Assembly (NCBI GenBank): GCA_004284765.1
Contig: NQJD01000009.1
Coordinates: 30,001-62,000, forward strand
Origin: Candidatus Electronema aureum
GTDB lineage: Bacteria; Desulfobacterota; Desulfobulbia; Desulfobulbales; Desulfobulbaceae
Length of the DNA: 32,000 nucleotides
Reading direction: 5' to 3'
Part shown: positions 23,584-31,748 of the stretch, in pieces
Numbering within the stretch: position 1 is the first letter of the stretch
How the letters are laid out: every line of letters begins with the position of its first letter
Notes under the pieces: model-generated
Seen by the model: only the letters and a program-made list of their open reading frames with translations
Told to the model about the DNA's origin: nothing
Database searches by the model: none
Translations under genes and position numbers: made by a program

Positions 23584-23836
23584 TATCCATCATCGTCGAT
23601 CATTATCTGATCACCGTTTGATCATCATTTGTCATGATCTGGCGCAGGAATATACTTGCTTTTGAGCAAAAAGCAACGATTATCTTGTTTTTTCGGGCAG
23701 CTTCCGTTGGAGTTACATGAGGATGCGGGTTTCCCTTTAATGGAACTCCTTGTATGTCAATAAGTTATCTCTTTGCAGATAAAGAGCGTAGGGCAAACTC
23801 AGGAACTTGCCCTTGTGGTGAGAGGCGAGAAACTAT

Positions 23837-24130
23837 CTACAGTTTCTCAAGTTCTGGGGGAAGAGAGGCTTTTTTGGCGTGGTTGCATTCCTTGCAGCAG
23901 GGGACAAGGTTGCCTTTGACCGAGCGACCGCCTAAGGCCAGCGGCACTACATGGTCCATAGTTAGCTCGCTGGACGCAAATTTTTTCTGGCAATAATGAC
24001 AGAGGCCGGGTGCTGTTTTTTGTTGCCACCATTGGCTTCGGCGCAAATCTCTGGCCTTGTTGCGCTCGGCACGGATAAAGGATTCGTCCACGCCAAAAAT
24101 GAAGTTATCAACGTCATCATTCCTCCTCAT
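23837..24130 (-). CDS. Small HNH endonuclease-family protein
   Basis: CHYCQ...(11 aa)..DHVVPLALGG...GNLVPCCKECNHAK is an HNH motif with two CxxC pairs. The start overlaps the folC stop by 14 nt. Confidence 0.8.
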   Translation of the reverse strand: MRRNDDVDNFIFGVDESFIRAERNKARDLRRSQWWQQKTAPGLCHYCQKKFASSELTMDHVVPLALGGRSVKGNLVPCCKECNHAKKASLPPELEKL

Positions 24131-25451
24131 CGGTCAAGCCTCCAAGCAGCAGCCTGCGGGCCGTGCCGATTAAATAAAGTGAGCCGGAAATGCAAATGAG
24201 GTCATCTTGAGTAGCCATTTTTTTTGCCTGCTCGATAGCCGCCTGAACTGAAGCGGCGCAGGTGGCCTTTGCTTGGAGCGTTTCCGGCAGTACCGCTGCC
24301 AGCTGCTCCGGGTGAGCAGCCCGTTCTGATTCTGCTGCCTTGGTTAAAATGAGAACATCGGCGAGCGGTGCAACTTCGCGCAACGTGGTCTGGATATCTT
24401 TATCTGCCATCGCACCCCAGACAAGCAGCAAGCGTTGGCGAGGAAAATCATTGATCAAGGCTGCTTTGAGTGCAGCCGCGCCTGCCGGGTTATGCGCTCC
24501 GTCTAAAAGAAATTGCTGCCCCTGAGCAGTGCGAAAATACTCCAATCTGCCCGGCCAGCGGGTCTGCGCAAGGCCGCTACGGACATGCTCCTCACTTATT
24601 GTCCAGCCTTGCCGTTGGAGCAATTGAACAGCGGCTAAGGCCAGCGAACAATTGCTGATCTGGTGTCCGCCTTTCAGCGGCATGGGCAAATTGTGCAGCT
24701 CTTGTCTGTCCAACCCGCGATATTGCCAAACATTGCCGCTGCCACTCCCGTCAAAGTCCCGGCCAAAAAGTAAAAGCGGGGCTTGCCGCTCGGCGCAGGT
24801 TTGGTGGATAACTTCACCGGAGTCATCATCCGCAACTGCCGAAACCACCGGCACGCCCTGTTTGATGATTCCAGCTTTCTCTGTTGCAATTTTAGCAAGT
24901 GTATCACCAAGATACTGCTCGTGATCCATGCTCACATTCGTGATGATGGAAACCAGCGGCGTAACTACATTAGTGGCATCTAATCTGCCGCCCATGCCGA
25001 CTTCCAGCACGGCAAAATCCACCTCCTGCTCGGCAAACCAGAGCAGAGCCAACGCGGTAGTGCATTCAAAATAGGTGATCTGACGACCGTCCAGCATCGC
25101 TTCAATCTTGCTGATCAGGCGGGCGAAATCCTTTTTACTGATGTACGTGTCGTCGATCTTGAAACGTTCGCGCACCGAGCTGAGATGCGGCGAGGTGTAG
25201 AAGCCGGTTTTGTAGCCAGCAGCAGTGAGCAGCGAATGCAGAGTCGCGCCCACAGAGCCTTTGCCGTTGGTACCTGCAATGTGGATACATTTCAGGCGGG
25301 TTTGCGGGTTGCCCAACCGTGCCAGAAATTGATTCATGGAATCCAGCCCCAGCTTAATTTTGAAAAGCTGGAGTTGATCGAGAAACTGCCAAGCCTGCTG
25401 GTAGTCGTCAACGGCGTTCATGTCATGTCCTTGGTATTCTCTCGGAAGCAC
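24117..25451 (-). CDS. folC: Bifunctional folylpolyglutamate synthase / dihydrofolate synthase
   Basis: HIAGTNGKGSVGA (P-loop), ITNVSMDHEQYLGDTL and LDGAHNPAG. An alternative start is ATG 25421. Confidence 0.9.
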   Translation of the reverse strand: MLPREYQGHDMNAVDDYQQAWQFLDQLQLFKIKLGLDSMNQFLARLGNPQTRLKCIHIAGTNGKGSVGATLHSLLTAAGYKTGFYTSPHLSSVRERFKIDDTYISKKDFARLISKIEAMLDGRQITYFECTTALALLWFAEQEVDFAVLEVGMGGRLDATNVVTPLVSIITNVSMDHEQYLGDTLAKIATEKAGIIKQGVPVVSAVADDDSGEVIHQTCAERQAPLLLFGRDFDGSGSGNVWQYRGLDRQELHNLPMPLKGGHQISNCSLALAAVQLLQRQGWTISEEHVRSGLAQTRWPGRLEYFRTAQGQQFLLDGAHNPAGAAALKAALINDFPRQRLLLVWGAMADKDIQTTLREVAPLADVLILTKAAESERAAHPEQLAAVLPETLQAKATCAASVQAAIEQAKKMATQDDLICISGSLYLIGTARRLLLGGLTDEEE

Positions 25452-25470
25452 TTGCTTTCTTCCGCCCCAA

Positions 25471-25500
25471 AGTAAAAAAGACCGGCATCTTGCCGGTCTT
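25471..25500 (-). terminator. Rho-independent terminator after the BI-1 family gene
   Basis: A perfect 10-bp stem AAGACCGGCA (25478-25487) pairs with TGCCGGTCTT (25491-25500) around a 3-nt loop. On the minus strand it is followed by TTTTTTACT. Confidence 0.8.
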
Positions 25501-25528
25501 CTGAATTAATCAAGATGCCGCTGCTCTG

Positions 25529-26233
25529 TTAGTCGCGGAAACGGAGTAACATCAGAAATAGGTTGATAAAGTCAAGATACAGAGCCAGTGCGCCGATAAT
25601 TGCACCTTTGCGAATAGCTCCTTCACCTTGGCCCATGATGCCTTCATCGCCCATCATTTTGATCTTCTGCACGTCATAGGCAGTCAGGCCGACAAAGACA
25701 ATCACGCCGATCAGAGAAATTGCCCAGTGCAAGACGGAACTGACCAAGAAGATGTTGACGATAGAAGCGATGAGGATGCCGATCAGACCCATAAACATGA
25801 ATGAGCCGAGGCCAGAAAGATCGCGTTTGGTCACCAAGCCATAGACCGACATAGCCCCGAACATAGCCGAAGTGATCAGAAAGGTGCCGACTATGGATGT
25901 GCCTGTGTACTTCAGGAAAATCACCGACAGGGTTAGGCCGTTCAGAAAGGCGTAGCCAAAAAATAATCCAGTGGCTGTGGCGGGTTGAATCTTATCAATC
26001 CGAGCGGAGAGATAAAAAACTAAGCCCAGCTCGGCGAGTATTAGCACTATGTACAAAGGGGTACTGACAATGCTCTGAGTCAGACCAAAGCTGGCAGCCA
26101 TGTAGGCGACTAAGCCGGTCATTCCTAAACCAATCGCCATCCAGTTGAAGACCTTGGCTAAAAAGACCGTTGATGCTTCCTGCCGAGCCTTGGCTGTGGC
26201 GGTTACGATGCTGCTTGCGTATTTTGTTTCCAT
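25529..26233 (-). CDS. BAX inhibitor-1 / YccA-family integral membrane protein
   Basis: There are seven hydrophobic segments. FLAKVFNWMAIGLGMTGLVAY and the C-terminal LYLDFINLFLMLLRF are typical of the family. Confidence 0.85.
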   Translation of the reverse strand: METKYASSIVTATAKARQEASTVFLAKVFNWMAIGLGMTGLVAYMAASFGLTQSIVSTPLYIVLILAELGLVFYLSARIDKIQPATATGLFFGYAFLNGLTLSVIFLKYTGTSIVGTFLITSAMFGAMSVYGLVTKRDLSGLGSFMFMGLIGILIASIVNIFLVSSVLHWAISLIGVIVFVGLTAYDVQKIKMMGDEGIMGQGEGAIRKGAIIGALALYLDFINLFLMLLRFRD

Positions 26234-26348
26234 CTTGTACAGCCCTCCTTGTGAAAATGGGTTGCGGATGATGCGCTTCCGTGTTTTTATCTTCCTTTAA
26301 TAGTAATCACTCTGTTGGGGCAGGGCAAGAAATTCAGGAGGGAAGATA

Positions 26349-27110
26349 GTGAAAATCGCAGTCAGCGGTAAAGGCGGAGTGGGTAAAACTACGATCATGG
26401 CCCTGCTGGCCGGTGAATTAAGGAAGCAGGGACGAGAAGTTTTGGTGATTGATGCCGATCCCAGTCCGCACATGGCTCAAACTTTAGGCATCGGCGATAC
26501 CGATAACGTCAGGCCGATTGCCGAGATGGGTAAACTGCTGGCTGAACGGGCCGGGAAAAGCCAAGGTTCGCCTTTCTACAATCTTAACCCAGAAGTAAAT
26601 GATCTGCTGCGAGATTTCATGATTGAGCAGGACGGTATCCGCTTGATGATCCTTGGCGCGGTACAGACAGCGGAAGGTGGCTGCGCTTGCCCGGAAAATC
26701 ATGTCCTACGCAAGATGCTCAAAAAAATGCTGCTCACGGCAAAGGAAGTGGTTTTGGTCGATATGGAGGCTGGAATTGAGCATTTGGGCCGGGGTACAGT
26801 AGCCGGAGTTGATTGCTTGCTGATCGTGGTTATTCCCTCAAAATCTGGTGTCCGCACCGCCTTGAAGATTAAAAAAATGGCTGATGACGTGCGCATTCCG
26901 CAGGTTTATTTTGTCGGCAATTTGATTCAGTCCGCTGACGACAGAGCCTTTTTGAGCAAAGAGCTGGGCGAGGAGCCAATTGCTTTTTTCCCGAATTCCA
27001 GCGCAGTACGCCAAGCAGAGCGGGACGAGCAGCCAGTAATTACGGTCAGCGAGGGACTGGAAGATGCGCCGCGTCTGCTGCTGACAAAATTGCACAGCAC
27101 TTTTGTTTAA
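26349..27110 (+). CDS. cooC: CooC/AcsF-type MinD-superfamily ATPase (nickel-insertion accessory protein family)
   Basis: VSGKGGVGKTT (deviant Walker A), GGCACPEN (CxC metal motif) and DMEAGIEHLGRGT. The GTG start is preceded by GGAGGG. Confidence 0.8.
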   Translation: MKIAVSGKGGVGKTTIMALLAGELRKQGREVLVIDADPSPHMAQTLGIGDTDNVRPIAEMGKLLAERAGKSQGSPFYNLNPEVNDLLRDFMIEQDGIRLMILGAVQTAEGGCACPENHVLRKMLKKMLLTAKEVVLVDMEAGIEHLGRGTVAGVDCLLIVVIPSKSGVRTALKIKKMADDVRIPQVYFVGNLIQSADDRAFLSKELGEEPIAFFPNSSAVRQAERDEQPVITVSEGLEDAPRLLLTKLHSTFV

Positions 27111-28150
27111 TGCCTACAATGTTCTCTCCTGCGCCCTACAATATTCTCATTCGTTCTACCAACTGGATCGGCGATGCGGTGATGACCACGCCTGCAATAC
27201 GCACCATCCGCCGCAATTTTCCAAAGGCCCGCATCACGTTATTGGCTCTCCCTTGGGTGGCGGATGTCTTCACCGCCTGCCCGCATATCGACCGCATTTT
27301 CATCTATGATAAACAGGGGCGACACCAAGGGCTGCGGGGTAAACTTCGGCTTGCTGCCGAGCTACGAGCGGAGCAATACGACCTTGCTATCCTCCTGCAA
27401 AACGCCTTTGAAGCGGCGTTGATCACCTTTATAGCTCGCATTCCGACGCGGGCGGGCTACACCACCGACGGCAGAGGCTTGCTGCTGACGCACGGGGTAC
27501 GGAAGCACCGGGAAATCGCCCAAAAACATCAGGTGCATTATTATCAAGAGATGCTGGAAGGCTTGAGTCTTCGGCGCGGCCCGGATGAGTTAGAACTCTT
27601 TCCTGACCCAACAGCAATACAGGCGGCAGATGAACTGCTGGCCCAGGCTTTGCAGGGAAAAACAGGGCCGATCATCGGGCTGAATCCTAGTGCGGCCTAC
27701 GGCCCGGCCAAACGCTGGCCCAGCGCAAAATATGCCGCTCTTGCAAGAAGAATAGCGGCGGCCACCGGTGGGTTAATCGTAATCTTTGGCACCAAGGCTG
27801 ATCAGGAGGCAGCGGCTGAGATTACCGCCGCAGCTGGGGAGCAGGTTCTCAATTTAACCGGAAGAACCAATCTGTCCCAAGCTATTGCCTGCATCGCCCG
27901 CTGCCAAGTCTTTGTGACCAATGATTCTGGGCTAATGCACGTCGCCGCCGCTCTGAACACTCCGTTAGTTGCTGTGTTTGGCTCAACTGATCATATCGCC
28001 ACCGGCCCAGCGAGCGAGCGGGCAGCAGTCATCCGCCATTCTTTGCCATGCAGCCCTTGCCTGAAAACCCATTGCCCGCAAGGTCATCTGCGCTGCATGG
28101 AATTAGTCAGCGTAGATGAGGTGAAAAAGGCAGCGATGGCATTGCTATAA
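27110..28150 (+). CDS. waaF: ADP-heptose:LPS heptosyltransferase II (GT9)
   Basis: ILIRSTNWIGDAVMTTPAIRTIRRNFP, YGPAKRWP, FVTNDSGLMHVAAAL and FGSTD. The ATG overlaps the cooC-like stop by 1 nt (TAATG). Confidence 0.9.
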   Translation: MPTMFSPAPYNILIRSTNWIGDAVMTTPAIRTIRRNFPKARITLLALPWVADVFTACPHIDRIFIYDKQGRHQGLRGKLRLAAELRAEQYDLAILLQNAFEAALITFIARIPTRAGYTTDGRGLLLTHGVRKHREIAQKHQVHYYQEMLEGLSLRRGPDELELFPDPTAIQAADELLAQALQGKTGPIIGLNPSAAYGPAKRWPSAKYAALARRIAAATGGLIVIFGTKADQEAAAEITAAAGEQVLNLTGRTNLSQAIACIARCQVFVTNDSGLMHVAAALNTPLVAVFGSTDHIATGPASERAAVIRHSLPCSPCLKTHCPQGHLRCMELVSVDEVKKAAMALL

Positions 28151-28164
28151 CCAGTCAATATTCC

Positions 28165-29877
28165 ATGTTCCTCCCCACCACCTCGCAAGAACTCCAGCAG
28201 CTTGGCTGGGACCGCCTTGATGTCATCCTTGTCAGCGGCGATGCCTACATCGACTCCCCCTTTATCGGTATCGCAGTGATTGGCCGGGTGCTGGAGGCGG
28301 CAGGTTTCCGGGTCGGCATCATCGCCCAGCCTGACCTGCACAGCGATGACATCCGCCGTCTTGGTGAGCCGCGCCTGTTCTGGGGCATCAGCGGCGGCTG
28401 CGTGGATTCGATGGTTGCCAACCACACCGCCTCCGGCAAGAGGCGCAAGCAGGACGACTACACGCCGGGTGGCCTGAATACCCGCCGTCCCGACCGCGCT
28501 GTGCTTGCCTACGCCAACCTGATCCGCGCCCATTTCAAGCAGACCTGCCCGCTGGTGCTCGGCGGCATTGAGGCCAGCCTGCGCCGCATTGCCCACTACG
28601 ACTGCTGGGCGAACACGGTGCGCCGCTCCATTCTCTTTGATGCCAAGGCCGATTACCTGCTCTACGGCATGGCCGAACGAAGCGTGGTTGAGCTGGCAAG
28701 CTGCCTCCGCGATGGCCAAGACCCCCGCCGCATCCGGGGCTTGTGTTATATCAGCAAAGAGCGGCCTGCGGACTATCTGGAGCTGCCCGCGTACAGCGAG
28801 GTTGCGGGCGCGGAGCGGGCGCGGAGGATGGCTTTCACCCGTATGTTCCGTCTCTTCTACGAGAACAACGACGCGCTCACTGCGCAGGGACTGGCCCAGC
28901 TGCACAGCGATCGCTGGCTGATCCAGAACCCGCCGCAGCCGCCGCTGACGCAGGAGGAGCTAGACCGCGTTCATAGCCTGCCGTATCAGCTTGATCTGCA
29001 TCCTTCGCACAAGCAGCAGGGCCAAGTCCGCGCCTTGGAGACCATCCGCTTTGCCCTCATCACGCACCGGGGCTGCTACGGTGAGTGCAACTTCTGCGCC
29101 ATTGCCGTGCATCAGGGCCGCACCGTCACGTGCAGAAGCCGCCAGTCTATTCTTGCTGAAGCGCGGCGGCTGACCAAGCATCCGGCCTTCAAGGGGCGCA
29201 TCCACGATGTCGGCGGTCCGACCGCCAACATGTACGGCATCGAGTGCCGCAAGAAGCTGACCAAGGGCTGCTGCCCTGACCGCCGCTGCCTTTTCCCCGA
29301 CATCTGCAAGAACATGGTGGTTGATCACGGCGAACAACTGCGCCTGCTGGAGGAGCTGCGCTCGCTGCCGGGCGTGAAGCAGGCCGTGGTCTCGTCCGGC
29401 ATCCGCTATGACCTGATCCTCGCTGACCGCAAGAACGGCCTGAGCTACCTGCGCCAGGTGGTGCGGCATCATGTTTCCGGCCAGATGAAGGTGGCACCGG
29501 AGCACTGCCAGCCGCACGTACTCGCCTGCATGGGCAAGCCGGGCGCGGACAGCCTGCTCCGCTTCCGCGAGCTGTTCACCCGCCTGACCAAGGAGGAGGG
29601 CCTGCCGCAGTTCCTCACCTATTACATCATCGCCGCGCACCCCGGCTGCGCTCAGGCCGACATGCTCGCCCTGAAAGACTTCGCCCGCAAAGAACTGAAG
29701 GTGCTGCCCAAGCAGGTGCAGATCTTCACCCCCACGCCGTCAACTTGGTCAACGGTGATGTACTGGACAGGCGAGAACCCCTTCACCGGCCAGCCTTGCT
29801 CTGTGGAGAAAGACGCGCGGCGGCGGGAGCGGCAGAAGGAAGTGCTGACGGGAGCAGGGCAGGAGGGCGGCCAGTGA
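28165..29877 (+). CDS. ygiQ: YgiQ-family (UPF0313) radical SAM protein
   Basis: FLPTTSQELQQLGWDRLDVILVSGDAYIDSPF aligns with E. coli YgiQ ([31 protein letters not shown]). The cluster motif is HRGCYGECNFCAI. Confidence 0.9.
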   Translation: MFLPTTSQELQQLGWDRLDVILVSGDAYIDSPFIGIAVIGRVLEAAGFRVGIIAQPDLHSDDIRRLGEPRLFWGISGGCVDSMVANHTASGKRRKQDDYTPGGLNTRRPDRAVLAYANLIRAHFKQTCPLVLGGIEASLRRIAHYDCWANTVRRSILFDAKADYLLYGMAERSVVELASCLRDGQDPRRIRGLCYISKERPADYLELPAYSEVAGAERARRMAFTRMFRLFYENNDALTAQGLAQLHSDRWLIQNPPQPPLTQEELDRVHSLPYQLDLHPSHKQQGQVRALETIRFALITHRGCYGECNFCAIAVHQGRTVTCRSRQSILAEARRLTKHPAFKGRIHDVGGPTANMYGIECRKKLTKGCCPDRRCLFPDICKNMVVDHGEQLRLLEELRSLPGVKQAVVSSGIRYDLILADRKNGLSYLRQVVRHHVSGQMKVAPEHCQPHVLACMGKPGADSLLRFRELFTRLTKEEGLPQFLTYYIIAAHPGCAQADMLALKDFARKELKVLPKQVQIFTPTPSTWSTVMYWTGENPFTGQPCSVEKDARRRERQKEVLTGAGQEGGQ

Positions 29878-29928
29878 AGGCCGTCCATTGATTGACTTTG
29901 CAGGAGCATATAACAAGGAGGCAGGATC

Positions 29929-31287
29929 ATGGACAACCAGTTCAGCAGCAAGGGCGGCGAGCAGAACGTCGGCCAAGGCGACCACGCCATTGGCAAGCAG
30001 GTCAACAACTACGGCATTCCCCCAGAGGTCTTTGCTGAGTACGCTGGCAAGCTCGCCGTCACGGACTCCGCCCTTGCCAGCTTCTTCAAGATACTGGAGG
30101 AGCAGCAAGTGCCGCCGGGCGACTTGGATGCCAAGCTGCGCGAGATAGCGGCCAACTACAAAGAACTGCTTGCCCGCGTGGGCGGCAACCAAGCGGCCAA
30201 GCAAGCGATTGAGCGCGGCGACTACGCCAAGGCCGAGAAGCTGCTGGACGACGTTGCCAACCAGCACAGCCTTGCTGCTGCCGGGGCTTATGCCGACAAC
30301 GCCCGCCTCCAGCGCATCCAGTTGCGCTACGCCAAGGCTGCCGTGTACTGGCAGAAGGCCGCCGCCCTGCTGCCGGATGACAAGAAGAAGGAACGCGCGC
30401 TCTATCTGCACAAGGCAGCCTTCGACCTTGACCGCATCGCCAAGTACAAGGAAGCCCTGCCCCTGTATGAGCAGAGCCTGAGCTTATGCAGAGAGACCGG
30501 CGACAAGGCAGGCGAAGGCACGACGCTGAACAACATCAGCCAGATTTACGATGCGCGGGGCGACTACCCCACTGCCCTGAAGTATCTGGAGCAAAGCTTA
30601 GTCATCAGGCAGGAGATTGGCGACAAGGAAGGGGAAGGCGTGACGCTGAACAACATCAGCCAGATTTACCATGACCGGGGCGACTACGCCACTGCCCTGA
30701 AGTATTTGGAGCAAAGCCTACACATCAGCCAAGAGATCGGCGATAGGGCAGTGGAAGGCACGACGCTGAACAACTTCGGCCTAATTTACCAGACGCGGGG
30801 CGACTACGGCCCGGCCCTGAAGTATCTGGAGCAGAGCTTAGTCATCCATCGTGAAGTCGGCAACCAGACAATGGAAGGTACAACGCTGAGTAACATCGGT
30901 GCCCTTCACCATGCCAAGGGCGACTACCCCACTGCCCTGAGCTATCTGGAGCAAAGCTTTATCATCAGCCAAGAGATAGGTAACAAAGCAGGGGAAGGAA
31001 CAACGCTGAACAACATCAGCCAGATTTACGATGCGCGGGGCGACTACGCCACTGCCCTAAAGTATCTGGAGCAGAACCTTGTCCTCTTCCGGGAGATCGG
31101 TGCCAAGAGAGAGGAAGCAGGTACGAGCTGGAATATTGGTCTGAACTACGCAGAGCACGGCGACCTGAGCAAGGCGGAGCAATACATCAGCCGCGCTGTG
31201 CAGCTTATGGAGGCCCTCGCTCATCCTAAGCTAGAGGAATGCCGCAAGCGTTTGGAAGCCGTCCGCGCCAAGCTCAAAGCACGGTAG
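29929..31287 (+). CDS. TPR-repeat protein with an N-terminal domain of about 175 aa that I do not recognise
   Basis: Six 40-aa repeats of the form ALKYLEQSLxIxQEIGDKxGEGTTLNNISQIYxxRGDYxT. AAGGAGG lies 7 nt upstream of the ATG. Confidence 0.85.
   Translation: MDNQFSSKGGEQNVGQGDHAIGKQVNNYGIPPEVFAEYAGKLAVTDSALASFFKILEEQQVPPGDLDAKLREIAANYKELLARVGGNQAAKQAIERGDYAKAEKLLDDVANQHSLAAAGAYADNARLQRIQLRYAKAAVYWQKAAALLPDDKKKERALYLHKAAFDLDRIAKYKEALPLYEQSLSLCRETGDKAGEGTTLNNISQIYDARGDYPTALKYLEQSLVIRQEIGDKEGEGVTLNNISQIYHDRGDYATALKYLEQSLHISQEIGDRAVEGTTLNNFGLIYQTRGDYGPALKYLEQSLVIHREVGNQTMEGTTLSNIGALHHAKGDYPTALSYLEQSFIISQEIGNKAGEGTTLNNISQIYDARGDYATALKYLEQNLVLFREIGAKREEAGTSWNIGLNYAEHGDLSKAEQYISRAVQLMEALAHPKLEECRKRLEAVRAKLKAR
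30454..31173 (+). repeat. Six tandem 120-bp intragenic repeats encoding the TPR units
   Basis: Units begin at 30454, 30574, 30694, 30814, 30934 and 31054. Unit 1 (30510-30600) and unit 5 (30990-31080) are nearly identical at the DNA level (..ACGCTGAACAACATCAGCCAGATTTACGATGCGCGGGGCGACTAC..). Confidence 0.85.
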
Positions 31288-31332
31288 GGGCGAAAAATCG
31301 TGCGTCCGCTGCGCCCCGCCGGACGCGGCTGA

Positions 31333-31514
31333 GGGAGGCATACGTATGCCTCCCCTTGGTCCCAACAGGTTGGTGCCGAGCGTCCCAGCAGGTTGCCTTA
31401 CTCTGTCCCAACAGTATGCCTCCCACCGAGCCAACCTGTTGGCGCACTCCGTCCCAACCTGTTGCCTTGCTCCGCACCAACCTGTTGCTTCCAGCCGAGG
31501 CATACGTATGCCTC
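31333..31514. repeat. Dyad-symmetric repeat element: two terminal perfect palindromes bracketing six palindromic 12-mers at a 23-bp period
   Basis: The terminal palindromes are GGGAGGCATACGTATGCCTCCC (31333-31354) and GAGGCATACGTATGCCTC (31497-31514). CCAAC(AG)GTTGG-type cores start at 31362, 31385 and 31408. CCAAC(CT)GTTG(G/C) cores start at 31431, 31454 and 31477. The overall symmetry centre is about 31425. Confidence 0.8.
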
Positions 31515-31748
31515 TGAGCGCGTCAAGCAGGCTGGCGATAAAAATCCCTCATAGAGGAGAAAAAGAGGTAAGGAGACGAACTCCTCTTAGGGTACCTTTT
31601 GCAAAGGCATGAAAGCAGCAGGTCAGCCACCTTGTCCTGACCTCAGAAATCTCTTCCGTAAAACCGCCCTGTATGTTTTATTTCCGGGTCAGTGGTTCAT
31701 TCATCTTTGACAGAAACATTCAGCAGAACATTCTATAACGAGGCAATC

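Noticed and set aside
28084-30411. Large minus-strand ORFs (273, 226 and 220 aa) and many smaller ones on both strands.
   Set aside because: They are antisense or out of frame with ygiQ and the TPR gene. They are typical high-GC shadow ORFs with Arg/Ala/Gly-rich translations.
28165-31300. A GC-rich (about 60-67% in sampled lines) block, ygiQ plus the TPR gene, as a horizontally acquired island.
   Set aside because: Sampled lines of undoubted core genes (yhdH-like about 68-70%, kdsD about 65%, birA about 63%, parts of waaF about 65%) are equally GC-rich. The composition is therefore not distinctive without a proper genome-wide codon and k-mer analysis.
30454-31488. A possible CRISPR array, given the regularly spaced repeats.
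   Set aside because: The 120-bp repeats are in-frame TPR coding units. The 23-bp units are contiguous with no unique spacers and no cas genes. Neither is a CRISPR array.
31231-31612. ORFs of 68-92 aa on both strands across the repeat element.
   Set aside because: They run through the 23-bp periodic palindromic array. The translations are repetitive (..PTGW.., ..QQVG..), there is no RBS or start context, and both strands are open only because the repeat lacks stop codons.
31686-31748. A ychF promoter around TTGACA (about 31706).
   Set aside because: The best -10 candidates (TATAAC, ATTCTA) lie at 21 or 17 nt spacing with poor matches. This is not convincing enough to annotate.
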